Virus record (IMG/VR): IMGVR_UViG_3300020045_006334
Location: 1 to 41,117 of that record
Direction: 5' to 3' (one strand)
DNA from: a virus
Lineage: Duplodnaviria > Caudoviricetes
DNA: 41,117 nucleotides
Made by a program: the position numbers and the translations under genes. Shown here one piece after another: positions 1 through 8,724 of the stretch (positions are counted from its first letter, which is position 1; each line of letters begins with the position of its first letter). Below the pieces are notes generated by a model. That model was not told the DNA's origin. It ran no database searches and was given only the letters and a program-made list of their open reading frames with translations.

Positions 1-121
1 AGCTTTAGCAAAGGGAGAATTTGGAAGTACAGAAAAAATATATGCTGGAGCGTTAAATAAATCTCAAGAGTTAGAAAGTAAACTAGAACAGGAATTGGTT
101 AATAGTAATGGAGTTGTGAAT
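1..121. repeat. 121-bp direct terminal repeat, left copy (circular assembly overlap)
   Basis: agctttagca...gagttgtgaat at 1-121 is identical to 40997-41117. Confidence 0.97.
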
Positions 122-1888
122 GTAAACAAGGTAAGAGAAAAATTACAACCTCAAATTAATAAATTAATTGACGCTGGAAGTAAATCAAAAGCTGAAAATA
201 TTTTATCTAGATTAGATGATATAGAAGCTTCTGTTGGAACTAATATTCCACTATCTAGAGCTAATGAAATAAAAAGAACCTTATATGATGAAGCTCGTAA
301 ATCTTATGGAGTTCAGGGTTCGGAAGATGTTGAACTTCTAAAAACAATGGCAAAGGGATTTAAAGAACAAATAGAAGAAGGGGCTACTACTGGAGTCGTC
401 AAACAAATAAATCAAAATCTTGCATATTACGGACGAGTAGCGGACGCTATGGCTGATAAAATAGCAAGAGGTGGAAGAAATAACTTAATTAGTCTTACAG
501 ATGCTGTTCTGGGTGGTGGAGTTGCTATTGCCAATCCCCTAGCAGCAGTTCCATTAATCGCAGCTAAGCATCTTGTAACTTCTACTGCTGGTCAAACAGG
601 ATTAGCTAATGCGTTAAGCAAAACAGGTAATTTAATGCAAAAAGGATTACCTAATATCGTTTCAACTGGAATTAATCAGGTTACAAGTAGACTTCCTTCA
701 ATAATCTCCACTCAACCAAAGTCTCCACAAAATACACAAACCCAAGATATTCAAAATCAACCATATCATGATAATATTTTACCACCAATTACCACAGAAC
801 AAAAACCAAGTAATATTACAGGATACAGTGTCGAACAATTAGGCCAGGCATACTCAAAAGCAGTTATGGTTGGTGATGAAGATACCGCCAAACAATTAAA
901 GAGCTTATATGATACTGAGGTTGCACATCAAAAATTACAAAATACTGCAAATAAACCTAAATCATATTCAGAAGGAGATAAAAAGTTCTTATTAGCTGGT
1001 AATGAAGCAACTAAAGCTCTAGCACTTTTAGAAGGTGGTAAGGTTACTTCTGGTAAACAAGCAGCTATCGGTTCTAAATTTGAAGAATTTTTTGGAACTC
1101 AAGCACCTGCAACAACTGAATTTAAAGCACAACTAGCTACAGCAAGAACAGCTGCCAGAAATGCTTTATTGGGTGCAAATATGAGTGATAAAGAATTAGA
1201 GTCATATCTTGATGCCATTTTTTCATATTCTAACGAACCTGCAATTATTAAGCAAAAACTACAGACTTTTATAAAATCAATGGAGGATTATAAAAACTCT
1301 GTAGCGGGTCAAGATTTACAGACCTATTTACCTGAAATTACCACATCTCCGCAAAGTTTTAATTCGGGAGCTGTCCCATTAAAAACAGCAGACTCAGGAA
1401 GCCAATTACCCACAATCTCCTCAATGACAGTTAAAAAAGGAGAAGTAAGTAAGGTTATCCCTACAGAAACACGAGTAACACAGACATTTGGAAACCGCAA
1501 TAAGATTGAAAGATTTAGCGGAGGTGTTAATAGAGGTGTAGACTTCTCAGTGAAACAAAACACCCCCCTGTCAGCTCCTAACGGAGAGTGGGAAGTGGCT
1601 GACGCTTATGGTTACTCACGCAGAAAAGGTTATATAGGGAACGGCACTAACTCAGGTTATGGAAATAGTGTGCTTCTTGTTAATAGGGATACAGGCGAGA
1701 AGATTAGGTTAAGCCATCTTAACCGAGTAGATGTAGAAAAGGGTGATGTAATTCAAGGAGGAAATACAATCGGACTGTCAGGACTTACAGGAAATACTAG
1801 TGGTTCACATTTAGACGTAGAGTATTACAACTCAAATGGAAGATTGTCCGATATTCTCAAGAGTCCCTATAAAAATTCATTTATTTAG
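2..1888 (+). CDS. C-terminal part of an ~888-aa putative DNA ejection/internal virion protein with a C-terminal M23-peptidase-like domain (starts at 40218 and crosses the junction)
   Basis: The frame is open from position 2 and continuous with the ATG at 40218. The C-terminus has M23-like motifs (RGVDF, GYGNSVLL, LSHL, GLSGLTGNTSGSHL). It lies after the tail genes. Confidence 0.75.
   Translation, partial: ALAKGEFGSTEKIYAGALNKSQELESKLEQELVNSNGVVNVNKVREKLQPQINKLIDAGSKSKAENILSRLDDIEASVGTNIPLSRANEIKRTLYDEARKSYGVQGSEDVELLKTMAKGFKEQIEEGATTGVVKQINQNLAYYGRVADAMADKIARGGRNNLISLTDAVLGGGVAIANPLAAVPLIAAKHLVTSTAGQTGLANALSKTGNLMQKGLPNIVSTGINQVTSRLPSIISTQPKSPQNTQTQDIQNQPYHDNILPPITTEQKPSNITGYSVEQLGQAYSKAVMVGDEDTAKQLKSLYDTEVAHQKLQNTANKPKSYSEGDKKFLLAGNEATKALALLEGGKVTSGKQAAIGSKFEEFFGTQAPATTEFKAQLATARTAARNALLGANMSDKELESYLDAIFSYSNEPAIIKQKLQTFIKSMEDYKNSVAGQDLQTYLPEITTSPQSFNSGAVPLKTADSGSQLPTISSMTVKKGEVSKVIPTETRVTQTFGNRNKIERFSGGVNRGVDFSVKQNTPLSAPNGEWEVADAYGYSRRKGYIGNGTNSGYGNSVLLVNRDTGEKIRLSHLNRVDVEKGDVIQGGNTIGLSGLTGNTSGSHLDVEYYNSNGRLSDILKSPYKNSFI
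698..769 (-). CDS. putative 23-aa antisense single-TM peptide MIWLILNILGLCILWRLWLSGDY
   Basis: ATG at 769, TGA at 698-700; hydrophobic; preceded at 6 nt by TGgTAAAAT (776-784). Confidence 0.5.
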   Translation of the reverse strand: MIWLILNILGLCILWRLWLSGDY

Positions 1889-1889
1889 A

Positions 1890-1943
1890 TGATATAATTG
1901 ACGTATTAAGCAATATATGCCTCAGCAATGGGGCTTTATTTAT
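1890..1943 (+). promoter_or_regulatory. extended -10 promoter plus leader terminator-like hairpin (cassette 1)
   Basis: TGaTATAAT 1890-1898, 15 nt, TATAT, gcctca-gcaa-tggggc, tttattt. Confidence 0.65.
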
Positions 1944-1949
1944 AAAAAA

Positions 1950-2258
1950 ATGGATAATCAAGCATCATTTGGATCAGGATCGGCACTTCTAGGTGGTACA
2001 GATGCCCTTACAGAGGCTATGCAAAGACGTCAAAGTGGTTCTGGTCAAGTATCATCCGCTGCTCCTACATATAACCCCCAGACCGCCCCTGTTACCCCTC
2101 CAACGTCTTCTGCGGGTGTATCCCCTTCCTCTACCCAAAGTGTTCCTGGTATGACCCCTAATGTCGGAGAGTCAACAATAATCATCAAAGCTCTTGAAAG
2201 CCGTCTTAAGTCTCTTAGTAAACTTGCAGAACAAACAGGAGGTCAAGTAGGACTATGA
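1950..2258 (+). CDS. hypothetical Ser/Pro/Gln-rich protein, possibly virion-associated
   Basis: ORF track 1917..2258; the ATG at 1950 is preferred because it follows the leader hairpin and an A-rich tract. Confidence 0.6.
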   Translation: MDNQASFGSGSALLGGTDALTEAMQRRQSGSGQVSSAAPTYNPQTAPVTPPTSSAGVSPSSTQSVPGMTPNVGESTIIIKALESRLKSLSKLAEQTGGQVGL

Positions 2259-2413
2259 AAAACTGGGTAACAACTTTATTATGGACAATTTTATTAATGT
2301 TAGTTCTTTGTATTATTGTTCAAAAACTAGAAGAAACAAAAGTAGGTTGTGTAGATAATATCGTAAGAGTTGAAAAAATATTAAATAGTTGGGAAATATA
2401 TGAAGAAAATTAA
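2255..2413 (+). CDS. small membrane protein (52 aa)
   Basis: MKNWVTTLLWTILLMLVLCIIVQK...; ATGA overlap with the upstream gene; read by hand. Confidence 0.55.
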   Translation: MKNWVTTLLWTILLMLVLCIIVQKLEETKVGCVDNIVRVEKILNSWEIYEEN

Positions 2414-2500
2414 ACTAAAAAACAAGAAAACAGGTAAGGTTATCACTATCAAAAAAGAGGAACAACCAAAACCTGATTATAAAAAAGATTATAAAATGGC

Positions 2501-2743
2501 GTGAAAGAAAAGGCGATTACATGGTTAAATCTTCAACAATGGTGGCCGATTATGATGGCTATTGTCGGAGTAACTGTCTATTTAGCCGTAGGATTTGCCA
2601 ATATTGATAAACGCCAGGCTTTAATTGAACAGAAACTAGACACTTTAATTTCCATGCAGTCTCAGATAAATAATATTGAAGGGCGTTTAGGAGATCATGA
2701 AATTAGATTAACTAAATTAGAAGCACGTTCGGGGATGAAATGA
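2501..2743 (+). CDS. holin-like protein (one TM helix plus coiled coil)
   Basis: Hydrophobic WWPIMMAIVGVTVYLAVGF segment followed by a coiled coil; lies upstream of the endolysin. Confidence 0.5.
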   Translation: MKEKAITWLNLQQWWPIMMAIVGVTVYLAVGFANIDKRQALIEQKLDTLISMQSQINNIEGRLGDHEIRLTKLEARSGMK

Positions 2744-2813
2744 AACCTTTAATTGGGGGTATAATATTAGTTAGTGAATTTATTTGGATGGGTTTATTAA
2801 TTAGATTAATTTT

Positions 2814-3230
2814 ATGACTTTTCAATCTTGGTTAGATTTTGTGAATGGTAAATTTATTGATGTAGATGGGAAATATGGTTCTCAATGTGTCGATTTAATG
2901 CGACATTATCTCGTTAATTGTTTAGGACTTCCAGCTTATTCAATCCCTGCGGTTAAGTACGCAAAACAGATTTTTAATAATCCTGGTACAAAATTCAAAG
3001 CAATTAAAAATATTTGGAATGATCCAAACTGTAAACCACAAGCAGGTGACATTGTTATTTGGAATTGGTTTTGGCCTATTACAGGCATTGCAGGTCATGT
3101 AGGAATTTGTACCTGGGCAGACGGAAAAAGTATTATTGTTATGAACCAAAATTATGGTTCGGTTAAATCATCTCAATTAAGAAAATTCTCCTACAAAGGT
3201 GTTATTGGCTGGTTAAGATTAAAAAAATAG
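2814..3230 (+). CDS. CHAP-domain endolysin
   Basis: DGKYGSQCVDL (catalytic Cys), GHVGI (His), MNQNY motifs. Confidence 0.88.
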   Translation: MTFQSWLDFVNGKFIDVDGKYGSQCVDLMRHYLVNCLGLPAYSIPAVKYAKQIFNNPGTKFKAIKNIWNDPNCKPQAGDIVIWNWFWPITGIAGHVGICTWADGKSIIVMNQNYGSVKSSQLRKFSYKGVIGWLRLKK

Positions 3231-3252
3231 TTGACCGACTATATCGGTTATT

Positions 3253-3582
3253 ATGGATAATATACAAATTCTCATGGATAAAGTCGAACGTTTAGATAAT
3301 AAAGTACAAGGATTAGTTAATCAAATGGATTTAGATAGAAAAGATATTGATCAAATAAGAATGGATCAAAAAGCAAACAAAGAAGGACAGACAGCAATCC
3401 TTAACCAATTAACAGATTTTAAAGCAGAAATACGCCAACAAATACAAGATACCATATCCTCAGAGCTTCCTAAGGCTGTTAAACGGGAGATAAGGTTACT
3501 TTCGACTAGACATCCACGAAAAGAAATAAGAGGTAAAATAGGAGTATTAGAAAGTATTAAAAATTATTTAAAAATTAAATGA
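3253..3582 (+). CDS. hypothetical coiled-coil protein
   Basis: ORF track; heptad pattern. Confidence 0.6.
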   Translation: MDNIQILMDKVERLDNKVQGLVNQMDLDRKDIDQIRMDQKANKEGQTAILNQLTDFKAEIRQQIQDTISSELPKAVKREIRLLSTRHPRKEIRGKIGVLESIKNYLKIK

Positions 3583-3740
3583 ACGACATTTTCAAAAGTG
3601 ATGCATTTTTATATATCGCTTTCCTTACTGTAGGGTTAGTTAGTCTAACAGAAGTTCTTTTGGAGAAAATGGCTCTAATTGGAGCAGCTGTTTTAATCCT
3701 TATTGTAAGAAGTGTGGTAAAAAAGTTTCTCTATAAATGA
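3579..3740 (+). CDS. small two-TM protein, holin candidate (53 aa)
   Basis: MNDIFKSDAFLYIAFLTVGLVSLTEVLLEKMALIGAAVLILIVRSVVKKFLYK; basic C-terminus; read by hand. Confidence 0.55.
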   Translation: MNDIFKSDAFLYIAFLTVGLVSLTEVLLEKMALIGAAVLILIVRSVVKKFLYK

Positions 3741-3741
3741 T

Positions 3742-3912
3742 ATGGAATTGCCTCAAGATATGAAGTCGATCATATTTGATGAGGCAGTTTTGTTAGTTAG
3801 AACCAAGGATGTAGAACTTACTGAAGCTATCGAAAAAGTGGGTAAGAGATATGGATATAAATTGACGTTTAGTAATATAGAAGAAATTATTGATACAATT
3901 CCTTTAGTTTAG
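3742..3912 (+). CDS. hypothetical protein (56 aa), last gene of the plus arm
   Basis: MELPQDMKSII...; its stop overlaps the stop of the convergent HNH gene. Confidence 0.5.
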   Translation: MELPQDMKSIIFDEAVLLVRTKDVELTEAIEKVGKRYGYKLTFSNIEEIIDTIPLV

Positions 3913-4535
3913 GTTCTCCATTTTTTGAACCCCTTATCTTTGAAGAAAAGATAACTATGGGTAAGTCTCTTCATAACAAGTTCCTTCAAAATGGGGTCTT
4001 GGTCGAGAAAAGACAATAAGGAACGAAACTGTACGTCACTCATATTTCCCTTAATAGAATTGCACTTACGGCAAATTGTTTGCAAATTTTCTTTGGTATC
4101 AAGAGCCGACATTTCCTCAGTGGAATAGACCTGATGTTTGGTCTTCCTATTATAGACCTTACTACCAGTTCTAGGGACTTTGTGGTCGATAGACATATTC
4201 TCCAGTGTGACGGTAGTACCACAATAAGGACATGGCTTACCCAACCCCTCGGAAACAAGAGTAACAAAAAAGGCTTTCTTTCCTTTTCCAAACCGTATGC
4301 TCCCAGACAAACTCCACGCCTTGTAAAGTATGGGAGAACTAACTTTCTGTTCTTTTTTTTGGTTTTTTATGTACATGACAGAACAAGTCTTTTTTCCACA
4401 ACAAACCTGGTCTTCGGAGTATTTCTTAAATTTCATTCCACACCCAGGGCAAATTCCAGAACCGTGTCTTTTAAGACGAGATAGTTTTGCGTTTAACTGG
4501 TGTTCCTTAGTTTGTTTGTATCCTTTGACGAACAT
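3909..4535 (-). CDS. HNH endonuclease
   Basis: CPYCG...SIDHKVPR...NLQTICRKCNSIKG; own TGgTATAAT 10 nt upstream. Confidence 0.85.
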   Translation of the reverse strand: MFVKGYKQTKEHQLNAKLSRLKRHGSGICPGCGMKFKKYSEDQVCCGKKTCSVMYIKNQKKEQKVSSPILYKAWSLSGSIRFGKGKKAFFVTLVSEGLGKPCPYCGTTVTLENMSIDHKVPRTGSKVYNRKTKHQVYSTEEMSALDTKENLQTICRKCNSIKGNMSDVQFRSLLSFLDQDPILKELVMKRLTHSYLFFKDKGFKKWRT

Positions 4536-4546
4536 AATTGCATATA

Positions 4547-4810
4547 TTATACCACGTCTCTAAGTATAAGGAATACCCTTTCGGTTTCTTTTTTGTTATA
4601 TTCGATTTTTTGGTGACATGGAACACAGAGCAACACAAACTCTCTTGGGTTGCTTAACTCTTCAACGGTGTGATAATTAATTCTCTTTTGGCGGTGAGCA
4701 AACGAAAGGAAATTATCTGCTCCGCAAAGCTCACACCTCATAATTTCATGCTCGACGCACCAATCTTTCATTTGGAGATTAGCCTTCCTATTCATCTCCG
4801 TTCTATTCAT
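4547..4810 (-). CDS. small HNH-like Zn-binding nuclease
   Basis: CELCG...FAHRQKR...LLCVPCH. Confidence 0.65.
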   Translation of the reverse strand: MNRTEMNRKANLQMKDWCVEHEIMRCELCGADNFLSFAHRQKRINYHTVEELSNPREFVLLCVPCHQKIEYNKKETERVFLILRDVV

Positions 4811-5022
4811 ACTCTTCTATCCAACTCCTTCTGTATCACGTCTAACTTATCACTCAAGTCCTGAGCTATTTCCTCCAGTTCAGGAGTATCTATCTCCTTA
4901 ATTAGGGCTTCTAAGACATTGGGGTTTAGTTGTTCGTGTTCGTTCATTGTTTTATTTTATTAATAATCTTCTAACATATTCTAATATCTTCTTAAAGACT
5001 CACAACTGGGAAGCCATTTGCC

Positions 5023-5328
5023 TTATTTAATTAATTCTTTAGTAATTGGTTTGGGAGAGTCACTTGGTATCTTCACAGCCATATAAGTTTCTCCGTCAAT
5101 TTCAATAAAGTTATCCATCTTTTTTGATGTTTCTTTTATCTTCTCCCCCATCTCCCTCGCTCCCTCTTTCTTGGCTTCCTCGACAACACTCGTAATATCA
5201 AAGAAAAATCTTCCTCGTTTATCTTCCAAAACATCAGACTGAACTAACCATCTTTCAGGTTCACCCATTCCAAACTGATTTTCCTCGTAGTGGACTATTG
5301 TTGTTTTGTTCTGCAATTCGTCTCCCAT
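5023..5328 (-). CDS. hypothetical protein
   Basis: ORF track; co-oriented with the early arm. Confidence 0.55.
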   Translation of the reverse strand: MGDELQNKTTIVHYEENQFGMGEPERWLVQSDVLEDKRGRFFFDITSVVEEAKKEGAREMGEKIKETSKKMDNFIEIDGETYMAVKIPSDSPKPITKELIK

Positions 5329-5567
5329 ATTATTTGTTTTGATAGACTTTAATAAAATTTTTAGTTTGTTCCAAAGACAATTCTTTACCTAGTAAGGTTG
5401 CTCTTCCAATCGGTTTAATCTCTCTGCGTTCTGGTAAAGATACTTCTACATATTTAGCCGTCCATTTCTTCTTTCCATCTATGTTTGTAAGTGTTTTGTT
5501 CATTTGGTTTTTATTTTCTTAAATGTTAATTGGTAATCTCCAATTTGCTTCTTCTCCTCTTTATTGG

Positions 5568-6236
5568 TCATTTGTTTGCTTTATAAAATGCTAATGCAAA
5601 TCCTTGGGGGGTGATACTTCTTCTTGCCTGTCTGGTTAGTTTTCCAAACGCTTCGGGGTGAATATCTTTGCTTGCCATCTTGTCAAACTTGGGCATATAA
5701 CGAGCCATACTAGGCAATTCTTGGCTATTGGTTTTATGCTTTTCAATCTGTTCTTCCGTCATCACACTACGAACATCGGTTACAGTTTTAATTGGCTCAT
5801 TGAAGTATCCCCAAATAGCAGTTCTCTTTTTGTAAGCATCTCCAAACTCCCAAGGACTAAAAACAAAGTTAGGTTTACCAAGAAACCATTTCAATCTCCC
5901 GTACCAAGGGTTCTCTAAAGCCCAGAACTTCAGGGGTGGGTACTTCTGCTGGTCGCTAATGGTTCGGTACTGTGCCTCATAAATTAAATTAAGACAGGCT
6001 TGGACAATTTCCATACCGCCTCGTAAGTCTCTCGGAGTCTTGGCGTTAGTTCTGGCATCGCTGAACATTGTGCAAGGTGGTGCCGCTAGAATACCGTAGA
6101 TTGGTTCCTCTGGTAATTTGTAAGTTATCACATCGTTTTCAGGGATAGTAATCACCCTCACATCATATCCAGCATCTTTGTAGGGCTTACTCCAAGCACC
6201 TGTTCCTCCACACAAATCTAAAATAATTGGTTTCAT
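5568..6236 (-). CDS. compact phage-type DNA (cytosine-5) methyltransferase
   Basis: ILDLCGGTG (motif I), AAPPCTMFS (motif IV PC), ALENP (motif VI). Confidence 0.82.
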   Translation of the reverse strand: MKPIILDLCGGTGAWSKPYKDAGYDVRVITIPENDVITYKLPEEPIYGILAAPPCTMFSDARTNAKTPRDLRGGMEIVQACLNLIYEAQYRTISDQQKYPPLKFWALENPWYGRLKWFLGKPNFVFSPWEFGDAYKKRTAIWGYFNEPIKTVTDVRSVMTEEQIEKHKTNSQELPSMARYMPKFDKMASKDIHPEAFGKLTRQARRSITPQGFALAFYKANK

Positions 6237-6607
6237 CTCCCTTTAACTGCTTCCTGCATAGGTTGATGGGTAACTTTGTCTATGGTGATGGCTTTACCTA
6301 GGTTACACCTGGGGCAAAGTATCTGGTAATCGTCTTCTGGATTGTGTTTTAGGCTGACTCTAAGGGGTATTATATGGTCTATGGTAGCTAAGTTCGGTTC
6401 GTACTCACCCTTAATGTCAAAATATCTTAGAACTAGGTTCTTGCCACAAGTGGCACACCTACCTTTTTGTTGGGCGAAGATAATAGCTTTCTTCATCTTT
6501 CCACTAGGGCTTTTTAACCAGTCGCAATAGGCTCGTCTGGCTCTAATAAAAGACTTATCATCTTCGTTGGTTACTTCTAATATGCTTTTTCTACTCATAC
6601 CGCTCAT
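6233..6607 (-). CDS. HNH endonuclease
   Basis: CATCG...TIDHIIP...QILCPRCNLGK. Confidence 0.85.
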   Translation of the reverse strand: MSGMSRKSILEVTNEDDKSFIRARRAYCDWLKSPSGKMKKAIIFAQQKGRCATCGKNLVLRYFDIKGEYEPNLATIDHIIPLRVSLKHNPEDDYQILCPRCNLGKAITIDKVTHQPMQEAVKGR

Positions 6608-7515
6608 TTGTCTTTAACTGCTTCCTGAATAATTCGGATGGCTTCTTCCAAGGTTTTTATTTTAGTCGCTACTGCTACTTTCCTGAATGGTATATGGCAT
6701 TGACAGGTGGACTCAATTTGAAAAGGATTACGACACCCCACAACCGCTTTCAAAGCGTCAGCCCTGCCATCAAAGTGTTTATCTTCCATTCGGCATTTAT
6801 CACAACACTCACCACTTTCAGAGCTACTAAAGCCACCCTGATAACTTCCAAGCCGATATTTCTTTTCATAATCCAACATTTCCTCAATCTTCCCCTCTAT
6901 CATTTCTAGTTGCTCCAATCTTATCTGTTTCTTCTCATCTTCTCTCAAGCACCACTCTTTACCCATCTTTTCACCCAACTTGCCACCTCCATTTTGGTAG
7001 CCTTTGACATAGGCATTATCAATGATTTCCCTAATTGTAGTTCCATTAATAACTTCACAATAGTCTTCTATTATTTTCTCTATCCATTTCTCATTAGTTT
7101 CTTTTGGATATTCTAATTCGTGACTAAACTTAGCAGCGTTCATCACCATCTCATCATACTTGTCTGCTTTGGCTTTATATTTATTTTCTAATTTTCTCTT
7201 TTCTTGGTCTAAGGTGGATTGGATGAGTCCGTCAATTTCAAGTTTATCCTTTTTTGTAAGTCTCATACCTATAAATAGACTCTGTAGTTTTTGTCTCCAT
7301 GTTTCAGTCGGTTTGGTAATGCAACTACAGTCTTCTGGTTTATGCCCCCAATCTCTCCAATGGCACGGACACTTACATTTTGTTTCAGTCGGTTTTGGGG
7401 TGGGGTTGACACCTGTTTTATCACTTATCGCTTCCCATTCCTCATTTGTATACGATTGCTTAGGTTGTTTGGTCTTATACATATCTGGTATATTTTTTAA
7501 GTTAGACATTATCAT
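6604..7515 (-). CDS. hypothetical mosaic protein with Cys/His clusters
   Basis: ORF track; CKCPCH, CCDKC and CQCH motifs. Confidence 0.65.
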   Translation of the reverse strand: MIMSNLKNIPDMYKTKQPKQSYTNEEWEAISDKTGVNPTPKPTETKCKCPCHWRDWGHKPEDCSCITKPTETWRQKLQSLFIGMRLTKKDKLEIDGLIQSTLDQEKRKLENKYKAKADKYDEMVMNAAKFSHELEYPKETNEKWIEKIIEDYCEVINGTTIREIIDNAYVKGYQNGGGKLGEKMGKEWCLREDEKKQIRLEQLEMIEGKIEEMLDYEKKYRLGSYQGGFSSSESGECCDKCRMEDKHFDGRADALKAVVGCRNPFQIESTCQCHIPFRKVAVATKIKTLEEAIRIIQEAVKDK

Positions 7516-7977
7516 TTACTTTTCGCTATTTAGTAAGTCATCAATTGCATCCTTTACCTCTTTGTAAGAGTCTTCAAATGTCCGAAGCACTTTCTCTATC
7601 CTTGGCTTGGAGGGAACCTTACAATAAGAACATTCTTTTTTTACACATTCATCACAATATCCAGTAAACCCATGACCCATAACCGCTTCTGAAGCGTGGC
7701 AGATACACTCACACTCCTCAGACGAGGGTTGGGGACAAACTTCTTTCTTACAAATTGGACATGGTCTTATTTTAACTTCGTTAGTATAGTAGACACTTTC
7801 GCACTTTGGACATTTGACACTAACTTCTTTCTTCTCTTTAGGCTTCTTGACTGCTAGGAGGTCTTTAACTTCATCAAGTAATACTGTTTCACCATCAAGC
7901 CCAACTTCACCTCTTAATCTCGCTTGATATTCTAATTCTTCTATTACTTTCTTTCTAGAGTTTATGTAGTTGGTCAT
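7516..7977 (-). CDS. hypothetical Cys-rich (Zn-binding) protein
   Basis: CPKC, CPIC, CECICH, CDEC and CSYC motifs. Confidence 0.65.
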   Translation of the reverse strand: MTNYINSRKKVIEELEYQARLRGEVGLDGETVLLDEVKDLLAVKKPKEKKEVSVKCPKCESVYYTNEVKIRPCPICKKEVCPQPSSEECECICHASEAVMGHGFTGYCDECVKKECSYCKVPSKPRIEKVLRTFEDSYKEVKDAIDDLLNSEK

Positions 7978-8133
7978 ATACTTTTTAATTTAATGGGTTG
8001 TTAATAAATAACTTAAAATTGAAATTATGGAAAGAATGCAGAACCAAGGAAGAAAGCCAATTGTTTCTAGTAATATGGTTGAAAATACTGCTAGTAAAAA
8101 ATAAGGGATAATTCTCATACAGCTTTACAGTTC

Positions 8134-8517
8134 TTATTCAACCGTCTTTACTAATGGGATGCCGTTATTTCCAACAGGGATGTAGATTTGAGTGTGATTG
8201 GGGCTTCCTGCCATGGTTTTTTGAGCCTCTATAGCTTCATGTTGAAGATATTGGTCGGTTAAGGTGGCGTTGATTAGCTTTTGAGCGGCAGCGATACCTG
8301 TGGCTTCCTCAATTCTGATTTGGGCTTTTTGTTTCTCTACTTGGATAAGTTGCTCCTGTTGTTTTATACGGATTTCGTTCACAGCTACCTCATTTTGGGC
8401 ACTCATTCTAACTTGGTATCTTCCAAATTCTGGTAAACCAAACATTAAACCTGCGATTACTAATATGGCAACCAAGACGAATAGGGCGATTACCAACCCT
8501 TCATTTTTATTTTCCAT
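8134..8517 (-). CDS. membrane protein resembling the C-terminal part of SPFH/band-7 proteins
   Basis: N-terminal TM helix, then coiled coil and IEEATGIAAAQKLINATLTDQYLQ...IYIPVG. Confidence 0.6.
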   Translation of the reverse strand: MENKNEGLVIALFVLVAILVIAGLMFGLPEFGRYQVRMSAQNEVAVNEIRIKQQEQLIQVEKQKAQIRIEEATGIAAAQKLINATLTDQYLQHEAIEAQKTMAGSPNHTQIYIPVGNNGIPLVKTVE

Positions 8518-8525
8518 TTTTATAA

Positions 8526-8723
8526 TTAATTAATAGACTTACAGTTCTTTTTAATATCCTCACGATAAAGGGAACTTCTGATTTTCATACATCCGAAACA
8601 GATTTGAGTGAGACTATCATGGAAGGTAGAATATGCTACTTGCTGAGTATGTAGACTTTCACACTCTTGTATATGCTTTCTAACATCTTCCATTTTAGGT
8701 ACGTATTCGTATTTAAATTCCAT
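8526..8723 (-). CDS. hypothetical protein
   Basis: ORF track. Confidence 0.55.
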   Translation of the reverse strand: MEFKYEYVPKMEDVRKHIQECESLHTQQVAYSTFHDSLTQICFGCMKIRSSLYREDIKKNCKSIN

Positions 8724-8724
8724 A

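Noticed and set aside
1-121. Terminal repeat as a physical virion end
   Set aside because: It falls mid-gene and has an odd, k-mer-like length, so it is best explained as assembler overlap.
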